Assembly (NCBI GenBank): GCA_963805855.1
Contig: CAWDVW010000002.1
Location: forward strand, 288,001-352,000
Direction: 5' to 3'
From: Candidatus Dadabacteria bacterium
Lineage (GTDB): Bacteria > Desulfobacterota_D > UBA1144 > Nemesobacterales > CSP1-2
Length of the DNA stretch: 64,000 nucleotides
In this document: positions 1 to 11,078 of the stretch, one piece after another
Numbering within the stretch: position 1 is the stretch's first letter
Layout of the letters: each line of letters begins with the position of its first letter
Notes under the pieces: model-generated
Databases searched by the model: none
What the model was told of the DNA's origin: nothing
Seen by the model: only the letters and a program-made list of their open reading frames with translations
Made by a program: the position numbers and the translations under genes

Positions 1-1
1 A

Positions 2-352
2 GAATATATCCTTTCCGAAGGTAATCTGAATGTTGTTCTCTGCGAAAGAGGCATACGGACCTTTGAAACAGCAACAAGAAATACCTTCGACCTGAATGCC
101 ATACCGGTATTGAAGGAGAAGACTCATCTTCCTGTGATCGCTGATCCAAGCCATGGTACAGGTTACTGGCAATACGTAATACCAATGTCACTAGCGGCGA
201 TAGCAGCGGGAGCAGACGGTTTACTGATCGAGGTGCATATTAGACCAGAGATTGCGGTCAGCGACGGGGGCCAGTCTTTGAAGCCTTCGACATTTGCCAC
301 CCTTATGAATAAGGCACGTCCTGTGGCGAGGGCTGTCGGTAGAGACTTATGA
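2..352 (+). CDS. aroF: DAHP synthase (type I-beta), 3' part; 5' end lies outside the window
   Basis: Open frame from position 2: [22 protein letters not shown]...[27 protein letters not shown]...[10 protein letters not shown]...SDGGQSL motifs. Confidence 0.93.
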   Translation, partial: EYILSEGNLNVVLCERGIRTFETATRNTFDLNAIPVLKEKTHLPVIADPSHGTGYWQYVIPMSLAAIAAGADGLLIEVHIRPEIAVSDGGQSLKPSTFATLMNKARPVARAVGRDL

Positions 353-423
353 CCTGTCTATATTAATGCCGATAAGGTACCTGTCGAGAAATGAAATGAT
401 TTAGCTTACCAAAATATATCATC

Positions 424-1038
424 TTACGAATTTTGGGATTCAATCGATACACTCCTACCCCTAATCTTTAACTTTCCCTCTGAAAACAGTCTAATTGCTT
501 CAGGATAAATTCTGTGCTCTTCCTCATGGATCCTCTCTAGTAGACTATCTTCGGTATCATTTTCAAATATTGGAACGACGGATTGTAATATAATTGGGCC
601 GGTATCGACTCCCTCATCCACGAAGTGAACCGTGCATCCTGTGTATTTTACACCATATTCGAGTGCCCGCTTAACGCTATTGATTCCAGCGAACGCAGGT
701 AGAAGTGCTGGATGAAGATTCATTATTCTGTTTTTGAACCTACTGACAAAATATGGAGATAGAATTCTCATAAAACCCGCAAGGGCAATTAGGTCAATAT
801 TATAAGGTTCAATCGATCTCAGTATTTCCTTTTCATAATCCTCTCTGGAAGAGTACCCACTATGATCTATCACTAAAGAAGATATCCCATATTTCTTTAT
901 TCTCTCTATTGCGTATGCATTAGGATTATTACTAAACACTAATGCGATTTCTACCGTTGGAACCTTTGCATCAATGATTGCCTGGAGGTTGGAACCGCTT
1001 CCTGACACAAAAACTGCGAGGCGGGTTTTAGTATTCAT
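424..1038 (-). CDS. purN: Phosphoribosylglycinamide formyltransferase
   Basis: SGSGSNLQAII, LAGFMRIL, NLHPALLP, GCTVHFVDEGVDTGPII motifs. Confidence 0.97.
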   Translation of the reverse strand: MNTKTRLAVFVSGSGSNLQAIIDAKVPTVEIALVFSNNPNAYAIERIKKYGISSLVIDHSGYSSREDYEKEILRSIEPYNIDLIALAGFMRILSPYFVSRFKNRIMNLHPALLPAFAGINSVKRALEYGVKYTGCTVHFVDEGVDTGPIILQSVVPIFENDTEDSLLERIHEEEHRIYPEAIRLFSEGKLKIRGRSVSIESQNS

Positions 1039-1106
1039 AGGTTTTTTCCTGAATTAAAACTGAGTAAGGTAGAAAAAATAGTAAGCCATCGAGACGACAA
1101 AAAAAA

Positions 1107-1230
1107 GAATCAGGGCAGCGACCTACTTTCCCACATCCGTAGGGATGCAGTATCATCGGCCTTGAAGAGCTTAGCTTCCGGGTTCGGAATGGGACCGGGC
1201 GTTTCCTCTTCAGCATAGCCACCCAGATTC
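1107..1230 (-). rRNA. rrf: 5S ribosomal RNA (stand-alone)
   Basis: Minus strand GAATCTGGGTGGC...CCCATTCCGAACCCGGAAGCTAAG...GCCGATGATACTG...GGGAAAGTAGGTCGCTGCCCTGATTC; conserved CCGAAC loop, complementary ends. Confidence 0.95.
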
Positions 1231-1238
1231 AGTAATAA

Positions 1239-1266
1239 AATTTAACAAAGAAAGCGATAATGTCAA
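1239..1266 (-). promoter_or_regulatory. Putative sigma70 promoter of the 5S gene
   Basis: TTGACA-N16-TAAATT with TGn extension, about 8 nt before the 5S 5' end. Confidence 0.6.
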
Positions 1267-1422
1267 TATCGGCCCAAAACTGTATATTCTTCTTCAGAAA
1301 GTAGATGGATCAAAGACTCTTACTCGCATGAATAACATAAACGTAATGTAAGCATACTCTGATACAGGAATGAAGGATAAGAATCAAATTAACGAATTTA
1401 GTAGGCGGGATACACTAGAACT

Positions 1423-3006
1423 TTAAGATTTTTCTAAATAACTCTTTATCGGAAAAACTCGACCGGCTCGTTTCAATTTTTTAATTGCCTTAACTTCTAT
1501 CTGTCTGATTCTTTCTCTCGTCACCTTAAACTCCTGACCCACTTCCTCCAGAGTGTGTTCCCTCTCGCCATCTATGCCAAAGCGAAGCCTTACTATGCTT
1601 TCCTCCCTCTTACTTAGTACGGAAGTCAGGGCATTATTCATGATCTCCTTTAATTCCTTCATTTCAAGCACCTGAAGTGGGGAGGCCAAATCTTTGTTTT
1701 CGATTAGATCCATAAGTCTACTATCCTCTTCGTCTCCTATCGGAGATTCAAGGGATATGGGGTCCTTGGAAATCTTAAGAACCCTCAGTACCTTCTCTAA
1801 CGGCAGTCCAACCTTCGTCGATATTTCTTCCGCCATTGGCTCTCGCCCGAGATCCTGAACAAGCGATCTTGAAACCCTGATTAGTCTATTGATCGTTTCG
1901 GTCATATGTACTGGAATTCTTATAATTCTAGATTGATCGGCAAGAGACCTGGTAATCGCTTGCCGTATCCACCATGTTGCATATGTAGAGAATTTGTAAC
2001 CTCTTTGATATTCAAACTTTTCAACTGCTCTCATGAGCCCGACGTTGCCCTCCTGAACCAAATCTAGGAAGGGAAGACCACGATTTATATATCTTCTCGC
2101 TATGCTAACCACTAATCTCAGATTTGACTCAATGAGCTTTCGCCTAAACCTATTAGCCCTCCTATCTCCCCGCTCTATGCCGCATAAGGCTAATTTAAGA
2201 TTCTGACTTTGTTCCTGCGCTCCCCTGACCAGCTCTTCCATCTTCTTTCTGACCCTCTTTTTCGATCTAGACCCTTTGGAAACACCCCCTTTGTGAATCT
2301 CAATATATCCCTTTTGCACTAGCTCATTGCGGTTGTTGTGCTGCTTTGCGATTGCCAGTATTCTGTCCATTTGATTTCGGCTGAGATTTATATCCTCTAA
2401 ATATGAAATTATTTTTTCATTATTTTTCTTAATCACCTGTTTTCGAGCTCTATCACGGTTTCTTGGAGATAAATTGATTTCCCTTTTTATCCTTTCGGTC
2501 TCCTGCCACAAACGTTTTATGGCGTTAATTGACCTACTTATACCAAACAGTATCTCCTCCTCTCCTAGATCATCAGTGTCATCATCGATCGAGCTCGTAA
2601 CATCTCTTACATTGAGGGTTCCTTTCTTTAATTTATCTCCAAGTTTGATTACTTCATTCAACATTATGGGAGACACAAGAATAGATTTTGCAATCATTCT
2701 TTTCCCTTTTTTTATCTCTTTTGCGATGTTGATCTCCTGTTCTCTTGAAAGGAGAGAGTGGCCGGCTATTTCATGTAGGTAAAACCTAATCAGATCATAT
2801 TCGTTTAAATTCTCACCACCCGTCCTCAGATCAAATCCATTTGTTTGAGAAGCTAATTTTGCATCGTATTTTTCATCATCTTCACAACCGTTCTCGTCTA
2901 GATTATCCTCATCAACTTCGTCTTCGGAACATAATGCCACAAGAGAACGAGTAAGATTCTCTTCTTCATCCTTTATAGGATATTCAACCCTATTCTTAAT
3001 CCTCAT
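1423..3006 (-). CDS. rpoD: Primary-type sigma70 factor
   Basis: [69 protein letters not shown]; follows dnaG. Confidence 0.9.
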   Translation of the reverse strand: MRIKNRVEYPIKDEEENLTRSLVALCSEDEVDEDNLDENGCEDDEKYDAKLASQTNGFDLRTGGENLNEYDLIRFYLHEIAGHSLLSREQEINIAKEIKKGKRMIAKSILVSPIMLNEVIKLGDKLKKGTLNVRDVTSSIDDDTDDLGEEEILFGISRSINAIKRLWQETERIKREINLSPRNRDRARKQVIKKNNEKIISYLEDINLSRNQMDRILAIAKQHNNRNELVQKGYIEIHKGGVSKGSRSKKRVRKKMEELVRGAQEQSQNLKLALCGIERGDRRANRFRRKLIESNLRLVVSIARRYINRGLPFLDLVQEGNVGLMRAVEKFEYQRGYKFSTYATWWIRQAITRSLADQSRIIRIPVHMTETINRLIRVSRSLVQDLGREPMAEEISTKVGLPLEKVLRVLKISKDPISLESPIGDEEDSRLMDLIENKDLASPLQVLEMKELKEIMNNALTSVLSKREESIVRLRFGIDGEREHTLEEVGQEFKVTRERIRQIEVKAIKKLKRAGRVFPIKSYLEKS

Positions 3007-4783
3007 GCATTCCTCCCCTTACTGATTTCTCATGTTCTACTAATTCTCTGCATTCTTTATATTCTTTTATGAGTTGTTTCTCCAGCACATCGTCTCTCGT
3101 GTTATTAGCTTGCTCAATTTCCACCCTGAGATATCTCATCCTTTCTTCTAGCTTCCGCAGCCTAATCTTTCTGATGCACTCTTCAATCATTTTTCTGGCA
3201 GTGTGTTCATCTGTAACATCATTGGACGAAAATACCGCCTCGGATACGATCTCTTGAGTAGCGGTATTATTGAACCGCACAAGAAGGGCCGACACTTCTA
3301 TAACATCTCTTTCTAACATTTCTCTTAAAACAGACTTAATCTCACTATCACCCAGGAACTGGACAATACCCATATCCCTCAGAAGCTGTAACAACTGTGG
3401 GAACTTTAAAACAATCTTAAGAAGCATTCTTTCATGTGAATTGGGTTTTTCTACCAGACTGGAGCTTTCAGGAATCTGGGTTTGCGTTACATTTTTAATG
3501 AACGAAAATAACTCATGTTCCCTGAGCCCAAAAATTTCGGCGGTTTTTTTTATATAATGATTCCGTTCAATTGAGTCTTTCATAAACCCTATCATCTCAA
3601 TTATTCCCTGAATTGCTTTATTCCTGGTTAAAATACCTTCTTTAAGTAACGCTAGTCTTTTATCAATAAAAAAGTCCATCAGGGAAGTCGCATTATCAAC
3701 CAACTTTAAAAACTCATCCCCGCCACTCCTCGTAATGAATGAATCAGGATCGTGTCCTTGCGGTAGCACTACGATAGAAGGTGATATTCCTACCTTTAAA
3801 AAAACCTCAAGCGCCCTAATCGAAGCATCTTTGCCCGATTTATCCCCGTCAAATACGACCGCTACCTTATCCGTATATCGCCTAAGCAATAAGGAATGTT
3901 CCTGTGTTAATGAAGTTCCCAAGGTAGCAACAGCATTTTTTATTCCAGCGGCGTAAAGTGAAAGAAAATCCATATACCCTTCAACTATAATTGCTTTCTC
4001 TGTTCTTCGAATAAAATCTTTGGATCTATCTAGCCCAAAGAAGATACTTCTTTTATGATAAATTTCAGACTCGGGCGAGTTAATATACTTAGGACTGTCT
4101 TCACCATTGACGACACGTCCGCCAAAACCGACTACCTTCGAATCTACATCAACAATAGGGAATACTATTCTGTTCCTAAACCTGTCATAATACCCTTCTC
4201 TATTACTTCTCTTAATGACAAGACCAGTCTTTTCCGCGATTTCCAAAGGAAATTTCTTTCTTCTCAAAAAATTATCTAATTTATCCCAGCCCTGAGGCGC
4301 ATAACCCAATCGAAACTCTCTGATGATCTCATCTGAAAATCCTCTCTTCTCCAAATAATTTTTGGCGCCTTTACCCTCTGCGGTTTGAGTCAGCATCTCG
4401 TGATAGTATTCACATGCTAATGCATTGGCTTTAAACGATAACTCTCTTCCCGAATTTTTATTGGGGGGAACGGGTCGATCCTCAATTTTAATTTCAGCCT
4501 TATTCGCAAGTTCGCTAACCGCTTCCTTAAAAGAGAGATTCTTATACCTCATTACAAAGCCGATTATGTCTCCACCTGCACCACAACCAAAGCAGTGAAA
4601 TACACCAATATCGTCATTTACATGAAAAGACGGATTCTTATCCTCATGGAAAGGACAGAGTCCTACAAAGCCTCTTCCAGCCCTTTTGAGAGAAACATAG
4701 GTTTCAACTAGACCTGTAATACTCAGCCTCCCCTTTATCTCTCTTACAAGCGATTCATAGGAATGTTTCGCCATAAAACTCAA
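2996..4783 (-). CDS. dnaG: DNA primase
   Basis: CHC2 zinc finger CPFH...[41 protein letters not shown] motifs. Confidence 0.97.
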   Translation of the reverse strand: MSFMAKHSYESLVREIKGRLSITGLVETYVSLKRAGRGFVGLCPFHEDKNPSFHVNDDIGVFHCFGCGAGGDIIGFVMRYKNLSFKEAVSELANKAEIKIEDRPVPPNKNSGRELSFKANALACEYYHEMLTQTAEGKGAKNYLEKRGFSDEIIREFRLGYAPQGWDKLDNFLRRKKFPLEIAEKTGLVIKRSNREGYYDRFRNRIVFPIVDVDSKVVGFGGRVVNGEDSPKYINSPESEIYHKRSIFFGLDRSKDFIRRTEKAIIVEGYMDFLSLYAAGIKNAVATLGTSLTQEHSLLLRRYTDKVAVVFDGDKSGKDASIRALEVFLKVGISPSIVVLPQGHDPDSFITRSGGDEFLKLVDNATSLMDFFIDKRLALLKEGILTRNKAIQGIIEMIGFMKDSIERNHYIKKTAEIFGLREHELFSFIKNVTQTQIPESSSLVEKPNSHERMLLKIVLKFPQLLQLLRDMGIVQFLGDSEIKSVLREMLERDVIEVSALLVRFNNTATQEIVSEAVFSSNDVTDEHTARKMIEECIRKIRLRKLEERMRYLRVEIEQANNTRDDVLEKQLIKEYKECRELVEHEKSVRGGMHED

Positions 4784-4920
4784 TTAAAAAAATCTCGATT
4801 AAAAATCAGCTGATTTGGATGATAAATGGATACGAAAAAAAATATAAGGTAAATAATGCTCCAATGGTAAGTGTTCCCTCCCGGACCTTATCATGTGCAA
4901 AAAAAGTGAAACTGAGCTTG

Positions 4921-5112
4921 TTAAACCCTTCTGACCTTTTTCAACAAGCGTTTCTTTGCAGCGTGAAACCTCTTTTTCTTTTTCTCACTGGGCTTCTCAT
5001 AGTATTCGCGTTTTCTAGCCTCAGACAATACTCCACCCTTCTCCACCTGCTTTTTGAACCTTCTCAACGCACTATCGATGCTCTCGTTATTTCCAACTGC
5101 AATCCCGGGCAT
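4921..5112 (-). CDS. rpsU: 30S ribosomal protein S21
   Basis: [13 protein letters not shown]...[12 protein letters not shown]; upstream of dnaG. Confidence 0.95.
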   Translation of the reverse strand: MPGIAVGNNESIDSALRRFKKQVEKGGVLSEARKREYYEKPSEKKKKRFHAAKKRLLKKVRRV

Positions 5113-5150
5113 AAAAAACCCCTCCTCGAATCTACTAGAGTTTATCCTAC

Positions 5151-5179
5151 AAGCTAAAACATTAGCATCAGATTGTCAA
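5151..5179 (-). promoter_or_regulatory. Putative sigma70 promoter of rpsU-dnaG-rpoD
   Basis: TTGACA-N17-TAGCTT upstream of rpsU and its GAGGAGG RBS. Confidence 0.55.
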
Positions 5180-5240
5180 GTGCCATCAGATATCATATCG
5201 CCAAATAAACCGGTATCATCGGTCGATGACAAGCTTTGCT

Positions 5241-5435
5241 TTAAAATTCTTCCTTCTTCGGGAAGTTCCCAACGTTACTGCGATTTTTCAGAATCAATTC
5301 GTCAATGTTGTCTGTGCCATCGGAATTACCAGCTTCTTTTTCTTCCGGCTCCATTCGATGCTCTTCTAATCTGGCTGTCCACGAGTCCCGTTTTTTCCTG
5401 ATGTCGTCTATAAGTCCCATAATAAACTCCGTCAA
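5241..5435 (-). CDS. Small hypothetical charged protein
   Basis: Fills gap co-directionally; no recognised motif; real start may be the internal ATG. Confidence 0.4.
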   Translation of the reverse strand: MTEFIMGLIDDIRKKRDSWTARLEEHRMEPEEKEAGNSDGTDNIDELILKNRSNVGNFPKKEEF

Positions 5436-5487
5436 AAGTAATTAATTTGAATTAGGTAATTCTACACAAGAACTTCCATCTTAACAC

Positions 5488-6786
5488 TCAATTTAGTAAG
5501 GACGATACTTTAGTGACTTCAACATCGCCTTCTATTTTCGGGAGCATATACCTCAGAGCCTTCAGAGTTTCCGGATAGGGATGACATATACCCACTGCAT
5601 ATCCCTTTTCTTTTGAGATATTCACGAGCCTTAGAATCTGCGAATTCACGTAATGCTCATCCTGAGACACCTGATCTAAAAAGACATCTCTGATTGCAGT
5701 TTTCATTCCCAAAGTCTTTGCAATTTCGAAACCCTTGGAATCTGCACTTGTTTTGCTGTCGATGAAAAAAAGACCTTTCGCATTCAACTCCCTAAGAACT
5801 ATCTCCATTAGTTCCGGATTCTCAGTAAATTTTGAGCCCATATGATTATTTACTCCTTTTACATAGGGAACCGCCGAAATATTATCGTCAAGCTTCTTTA
5901 TAATCTCCTTCTTCGTTAAACTCTCCAATAACACTCCGTCACCTGCATCATCCCCGACATATCCGGAAATGCTTTTCGGTTCCATTGGTAAATGAAGAAT
6001 TACATCCCATCCCCTTTGCTTTGCCTTCTCGGCAGCATATCGGGAATACGGCAAATATGGAAGGATCGCAAAATTGATTGGAAACTCCAATTCCAAAAGT
6101 CTATCAACAGAATCCTTATTAAATCCCAAATCATCAACTATAATCACTACCTTCGGCTTCTCTTTATCTGCCGCCGGCAAATTTAATCTTTCTCCTTTAC
6201 CAAATGAGGCCGCCTTCCATTCTTCCGTTTTAATATCGGGCGCATCCCGATCCCCTATAATTTGATGTGATGTTCCCTCAGTACCTTCCTTGTGCAGATC
6301 AAAACGAATCCTATACAGGAGAGAATTGTTGAATTTAATTTCAGAAATAACATAATGCGTACCCCTTTTAAACTTCTGTTCGAAGTCCTTATTGGAAATA
6401 GTATCTCCAAAAGTCGATTCGACATCTTTATCGGACACTCCTTCGGGAAGATCAACCCTCATCTCACTGAGGTTCCATTCAATTTCTCCGGTCCCCTTCA
6501 TTGGTATCTCCTTCGAGGAGACTAAGTCTCTGGAGACCCCTAATCTGAAAAAAACCACAGACAGATCTCTGTCTAGCTCTTTTTTAATATTCGAATAATC
6601 GGAAGGCGCTAATTTTTTTTGCGGGAGCGGAAGGAAAAGTCTATTCTCAATCAGGCGCAAACCATAAATACCAGCTAAAAGGAATACAATTATCGCAAGG
6701 ATTGATATCGCCGACCTACGTGCATTCGAGACCTTGCGCCGACGTTTAGCACTTTTTCTACCTGATCCCTTTTGTTTTCTCGGCAA
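5488..6786 (-). CDS. Divergent polysaccharide deacetylase family protein (YibQ-like) with N-terminal TM anchor
   Basis: IIVDDLG, ILHLPMEP, GVNNHMGS, FFIDSKT, RDVFLD, GICHP; usual position after ctpA. Confidence 0.92.
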   Translation of the reverse strand: MPRKQKGSGRKSAKRRRKVSNARRSAISILAIIVFLLAGIYGLRLIENRLFLPLPQKKLAPSDYSNIKKELDRDLSVVFFRLGVSRDLVSSKEIPMKGTGEIEWNLSEMRVDLPEGVSDKDVESTFGDTISNKDFEQKFKRGTHYVISEIKFNNSLLYRIRFDLHKEGTEGTSHQIIGDRDAPDIKTEEWKAASFGKGERLNLPAADKEKPKVVIIVDDLGFNKDSVDRLLELEFPINFAILPYLPYSRYAAEKAKQRGWDVILHLPMEPKSISGYVGDDAGDGVLLESLTKKEIIKKLDDNISAVPYVKGVNNHMGSKFTENPELMEIVLRELNAKGLFFIDSKTSADSKGFEIAKTLGMKTAIRDVFLDQVSQDEHYVNSQILRLVNISKEKGYAVGICHPYPETLKALRYMLPKIEGDVEVTKVSSLLN

Positions 6787-6799
6787 AAAGGATGGTCTC

Positions 6800-7945
6800 C
6801 TAACCCCTGGGAACTGTTTTGCTCACATCCGATAATTTTAAAATCTCAACTGCCCTTTTAATTTGTAAGTCGGCATATTCATTATCTTCAACAATGATAT
6901 CAGGCGTTACACCAACATCGCTGATTGATCGCCCACTTGGGGCGTAAAATTTCGCGGTTGTGAGCTTAAGCCCTGAACCGTCATCGAGTTGAATGATCGT
7001 TTGCACGGAACCCTTCCCGAATGTCTTAGAACCAATAATGGTCGCTCTTTTGCTATCCTGAAGTGCCTCTGCAACTACCTCGGATGCACTCGCGCTGCCT
7101 TTATTTACTAAAACAACAAGTGAAATATCCCGTTCTGAATCTCCTTTTGTCGCATAGTATTCCTTAGACTGATTCGAAGTTCTTCCCCTCACACTTACAA
7201 TAAGTCCCTTATCAATGAACTGATCTGCTACCTCTATGGCCTCATCAAGCAAACCGCCAGGATTGTTCCTCAGATCCAAGACGAGCCCGCGGAGACTCCC
7301 TCCATTGTCTAGTTCTAACTTCGACATTGCATCCTTTAATTCATCGGAAACATTCTCCTGAAACTGAGAAATCTTGATATAACCGATTTCGTTATCCAAT
7401 AATTTATACTTAACACTTTTAATATGAATAACATCTCTGGTTAGGGTAATATCTCTAGACCCCTCGCCCTCTCTCGTAACAGTTATTGTCACATTGCTAC
7501 CCTTTGGCCCCCTAAGCAATTTCACAGCATCATAAACAACCATACCCCCGGTTGGTTTACCATCAATTTCAGTTATTAAGTCTCCGGGTTTAATTCCAGC
7601 AAGGTCAGCGGGCGAACCTTCTATCGGCGATATAACTTTTAATACCCCATTTTCCACGGCGACCTCCATCCCTACTCCTCCAAACTCGCCTGAGGTACCA
7701 ATCTCCAGCTCTTTGTAACGCTCAGGCGAGAGATATGCAGAGTATGGATCAAGGGTCTTTAGCATTCCCTCAATGGCATTATCGGTAAGTTCCTCTGAGT
7801 CGACTTTATCAACATAATTTCTCTCTATAAGATCCAGAACTTTTGTGAAGTTAGATAGTCCTCTATAAACGGCTTCATCTTCAGGCAACGCATTTAGCGG
7901 TGAAATAAAGACTAAAAGCAAGATGATCGATAATAATTTCTTCAT
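6800..7945 (-). CDS. ctpA: Carboxyl-terminal processing protease (S41)
   Basis: Signal peptide, LDPYS, PDZ, LDLRNNPGG, SASASEVVA, TFGKGSVQ. Confidence 0.93.
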   Translation of the reverse strand: MKKLLSIILLLVFISPLNALPEDEAVYRGLSNFTKVLDLIERNYVDKVDSEELTDNAIEGMLKTLDPYSAYLSPERYKELEIGTSGEFGGVGMEVAVENGVLKVISPIEGSPADLAGIKPGDLITEIDGKPTGGMVVYDAVKLLRGPKGSNVTITVTREGEGSRDITLTRDVIHIKSVKYKLLDNEIGYIKISQFQENVSDELKDAMSKLELDNGGSLRGLVLDLRNNPGGLLDEAIEVADQFIDKGLIVSVRGRTSNQSKEYYATKGDSERDISLVVLVNKGSASASEVVAEALQDSKRATIIGSKTFGKGSVQTIIQLDDGSGLKLTTAKFYAPSGRSISDVGVTPDIIVEDNEYADLQIKRAVEILKLSDVSKTVPRG

Positions 7946-7978
7946 GATATTAATTTATTAATTCAACTTTATAGGCTA

Positions 7979-8977
7979 TCAACCCACCGACTTTCTTTTA
8001 GAATTATACGCCAAAAGCTCATGAACAGCCAGGACTATATTCTTAGAATCAAGCCCAAAATACTCGAGGAGCTCGAGACCATTACCGGATGTGCCAAATC
8101 TGTCTCTCATCCCAATTCTTTTCATAGGAGTCGGCGCGTGCTCACCGAGAACCTCTGCTATAGCTCCTCCCAACCCTCCAATGATATTATGATCTTCAGC
8201 CGTCACAACAGCCCCAGTTTCACTTGCAAGTTCTATTATAGTTTCGATGTCGATAGGTTTTATTGACGAAACATTCACCACAAAAGCATTGATCCCTTCT
8301 TTCTTTAAGAATTCTGCAGCCTCAAGTGCTTTTGACACCATTATCCCGGTTGCAAAAATAGCAACATGTTTGCCCTCCCTCAGAATCGGGGCCTTCCCAA
8401 TCTTAAACTGGTAAGTATCCTTAAAAATTGTTGGAAACTTTGCCCTGGCAAGTCTAACATATGTCGGACCTTTAGCATCGATAATGGTTCTGATTACCTT
8501 CTCTGTTTCAACCGCATCTGCAGGCACAATAACAGTCATATTCGGTAGTACCCTCATCAGCGCAATATCCTCGAGTGCCTGATGCGTAGCCCCATCTTCC
8601 CCAACCGTCAAACCGGCATGTGTTGCGACGATCTTCACGTTCAAGTTTGGGAATGCAATTGATTGTCGTACATGTTCCCAGGCACGTCCCGTCGCAAAAA
8701 CGGCAAAAGTACTCGCAAAGGGTATCTTGCCTGCAAGTGCAAAACCAGCCGCCGTCGCCATCATATCTTGCTCAGATACCCCCATCGTAAAAAACCTGCT
8801 GGGAAATTCGTTACCAAATAAATTTGTCTTTGTCGAAACAGTCAGGTCGGCATCAAGAACAACTAGATCCTTGTAGCTCTTCCCAAGATCAACCAGTGTT
8901 CTCCCATATACCTCCCTGATATAGGCATTATCCCTAATTTCATTTAGCACAAAATCACTTAGTTCCGATTGGCTCAC
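7979..8977 (-). CDS. Transketolase, C-terminal subunit
   Basis: GVSEQDMM, GEDGATHQ, GPTYVRLAR, EDHNIIGGLG. Confidence 0.93.
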   Translation of the reverse strand: MSQSELSDFVLNEIRDNAYIREVYGRTLVDLGKSYKDLVVLDADLTVSTKTNLFGNEFPSRFFTMGVSEQDMMATAAGFALAGKIPFASTFAVFATGRAWEHVRQSIAFPNLNVKIVATHAGLTVGEDGATHQALEDIALMRVLPNMTVIVPADAVETEKVIRTIIDAKGPTYVRLARAKFPTIFKDTYQFKIGKAPILREGKHVAIFATGIMVSKALEAAEFLKKEGINAFVVNVSSIKPIDIETIIELASETGAVVTAEDHNIIGGLGGAIAEVLGEHAPTPMKRIGMRDRFGTSGNGLELLEYFGLDSKNIVLAVHELLAYNSKRKSVG

Positions 8978-9810
8978 GCAGCCTCCCCTAGTTCCTTTAG
9001 GGCTATATTGAGTTCTTCATCGTTCGGGGCAACGCCATGATATTGCCCCTTGTTTTCGAATATTGAAATACCTTTACCCTTAATAGTGTTAGCAATTATC
9101 ACAAATGGTTTGCCCTTTACGCTTTTCGCCCTGTCAAGCGCTTTTAGGATACCATTGATGTCATGCCCGTCTTTGAGCACCTCAACCTCCCATCCAAAAG
9201 CCCTCCATTTGTCCGGTACGGGCTCTATATCTTTAATTTTATCCATAGCACCATCATTCTGAAATCCGTTTCTATCTACCAGTGCGCATAAATTGTCGAG
9301 CCGCCGATAAGATGAACTGGTAATCGCCTCCCAAGTCGCCCCCTCCTGCAGCTCTCCATCACTCAGAAGCACGTACACTCTTATATCTTTACCGTCAATT
9401 TTTGCTGCCAAGGCTATACCATTCGCTGCCGAGAGACCATGTCCCAAAGAGCCCGTGGTTGCCTCGATCCCAATACTAGGGTCGTACTCGGGATGGCCCT
9501 GCAGGCGACTTCCCGGCTTTCTTAGGGTCATTAGCTCCTCTCGGGGGAAGTAACCTGCATTAGCAAGGACCGCATAAAGTGCAGGTACTCCATGCCCTTT
9601 AGAAAGAACAAACCTGTCTCTATTACTCCATCTAGGATTATTTGGATCGTGCCTCATGTGAGAGAAATATAGAGAAACTAAAATCTCTACAGAAGACAAT
9701 GAACCACCGGTGTGTCCGGATTTTGCTTTGTGAAGTGCTTTCAGGATATCAATTCTTACCTTTCTGGCAATTTCTTTAAGAGCAACAGGATCGCTAGTTT
9801 TTTTCAACAT
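8974..9810 (-). CDS. Transketolase, N-terminal subunit
   Basis: SGHTGGSLS, DRFVLSKGH, LQGHP, GSLGHGL, SDGELQEG TPP-binding motif. Confidence 0.94.
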   Translation of the reverse strand: MLKKTSDPVALKEIARKVRIDILKALHKAKSGHTGGSLSSVEILVSLYFSHMRHDPNNPRWSNRDRFVLSKGHGVPALYAVLANAGYFPREELMTLRKPGSRLQGHPEYDPSIGIEATTGSLGHGLSAANGIALAAKIDGKDIRVYVLLSDGELQEGATWEAITSSSYRRLDNLCALVDRNGFQNDGAMDKIKDIEPVPDKWRAFGWEVEVLKDGHDINGILKALDRAKSVKGKPFVIIANTIKGKGISIFENKGQYHGVAPNDEELNIALKELGEAA

Positions 9811-10024
9811 TGCATCAGTCCCCTTTTACCCTTCTCAAGCCCATTTTAGATTTTTGTCAGAATAAGAATTATGATCAAAATCAAGTATAATATAAACTTA
9901 CATCTAGAGTTGTCAAACACACCAAGATTAGGGGTTGATCCCGATATAATGGCCGACCTTACTTTCTTGAACTAATAACCAAAATAAGCTATTTTTATTC
10001 TCCGCTGGCACAGGTATTGCTAAA

Positions 10025-10255
10025 ATGAAAAGGCTAATCTTGGCGATTATCGATAAATTAATTGAAACTTATAATTACAGCGTGATACAAATCTCAAAGG
10101 ACTGGTTCATTCCGCTCAGGTTACTCTATATAGGTGCGGCGCTAATAGCGTATATCTTTTCTATTCTCGTAATCATAACTGTGGTGTTAATTGTTGTTTT
10201 AATTGTAATTCCATTATCCCTGTTTACGGAAAGAGAAACCGGAACAATCCGATAG
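10025..10255 (+). CDS. Small hypothetical membrane protein
   Basis: ATG start, long hydrophobic segment, occupies the gap before uppS. Confidence 0.5.
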   Translation: MKRLILAIIDKLIETYNYSVIQISKDWFIPLRLLYIGAALIAYIFSILVIITVVLIVVLIVIPLSLFTERETGTIR

Positions 10256-10325
10256 GAACTTCTTTGAATTTAGCAATCCTAAGTGTTCTCTATTAAACTA
10301 ATTACTATACATCAATAAATTTATT

Positions 10326-11078
10326 ATGAGAACGAAACTTGAGTCCCGTATAGATAAAACAAATATCCCGGCACATATAGCCATAATAATGGACGGGAAT
10401 GGCAGATGGGCCGAGAGAAAGGGAATTGATCGACTTAGCGGTCACAGGGAAGGCATGAAATCTGTTCGATCGGTGGTCAAGGCTGCGAATGAGTTAGGAA
10501 TAAGATTGGTGACTCTATATGCGTTTTCAGAACAGAATTGGAAAAGACCTAAAGTTGAAGTCGACGCACTCATGGAACTCTTAAAACAATATCTTCTTAG
10601 AGAGCGAAAGAGGCTTGTGAAGAACGGAATTAGGTTAAATGCGATTGGAAGATTATGGGAACTTCCTAAAGATGTATTTCTGGTTTTAATGGAAACAATA
10701 GAGATGACGAAAGAATGCAATTCCCTAATCTTAACACTCGCCTTGAGTTACGGAGGCAGAGAGGAAATCGTTGACGCTGTTAAAGAAATTATTTCGACCC
10801 GGAATATACTACCAGACGATTTAAATGAACAAAGCTTTTCAAATTATCTATACACAGTTGATCTTCCCGAGCCTGATCTTCTCATTAGAACAAGCGGTGA
10901 GTTTAGGCTTTCTAACTTTCTCCTGTGGCAGCTGGCATATACCGAGATATATGTCACTAAAACTCTGTGGCCTGATTTTAGAAAGAAACACCTGATAAAA
11001 GCCCTGATAAACTATCAAAGCCGAGAAAGAAGATTCGGACTCACTAGCGACCAAACTGGAAAGAGGAAAGTCCCGTGA
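10326..11078 (+). CDS. uppS: Undecaprenyl diphosphate synthase
   Basis: HIAIIMDGNGRWA, YAFSEQNWKRP, PDLLIRTSGEFRLSNFLLWQ. Confidence 0.97.
   Translation: MRTKLESRIDKTNIPAHIAIIMDGNGRWAERKGIDRLSGHREGMKSVRSVVKAANELGIRLVTLYAFSEQNWKRPKVEVDALMELLKQYLLRERKRLVKNGIRLNAIGRLWELPKDVFLVLMETIEMTKECNSLILTLALSYGGREEIVDAVKEIISTRNILPDDLNEQSFSNYLYTVDLPEPDLLIRTSGEFRLSNFLLWQLAYTEIYVTKTLWPDFRKKHLIKALINYQSRERRFGLTSDQTGKRKVP

Noticed and set aside
1028-1222. 64-aa ORF
   Set aside because: Shadow translation of the 5S rRNA gene
7979-9810. Split transketolase as a novelty
   Set aside because: The two-gene form is common in many bacteria and archaea
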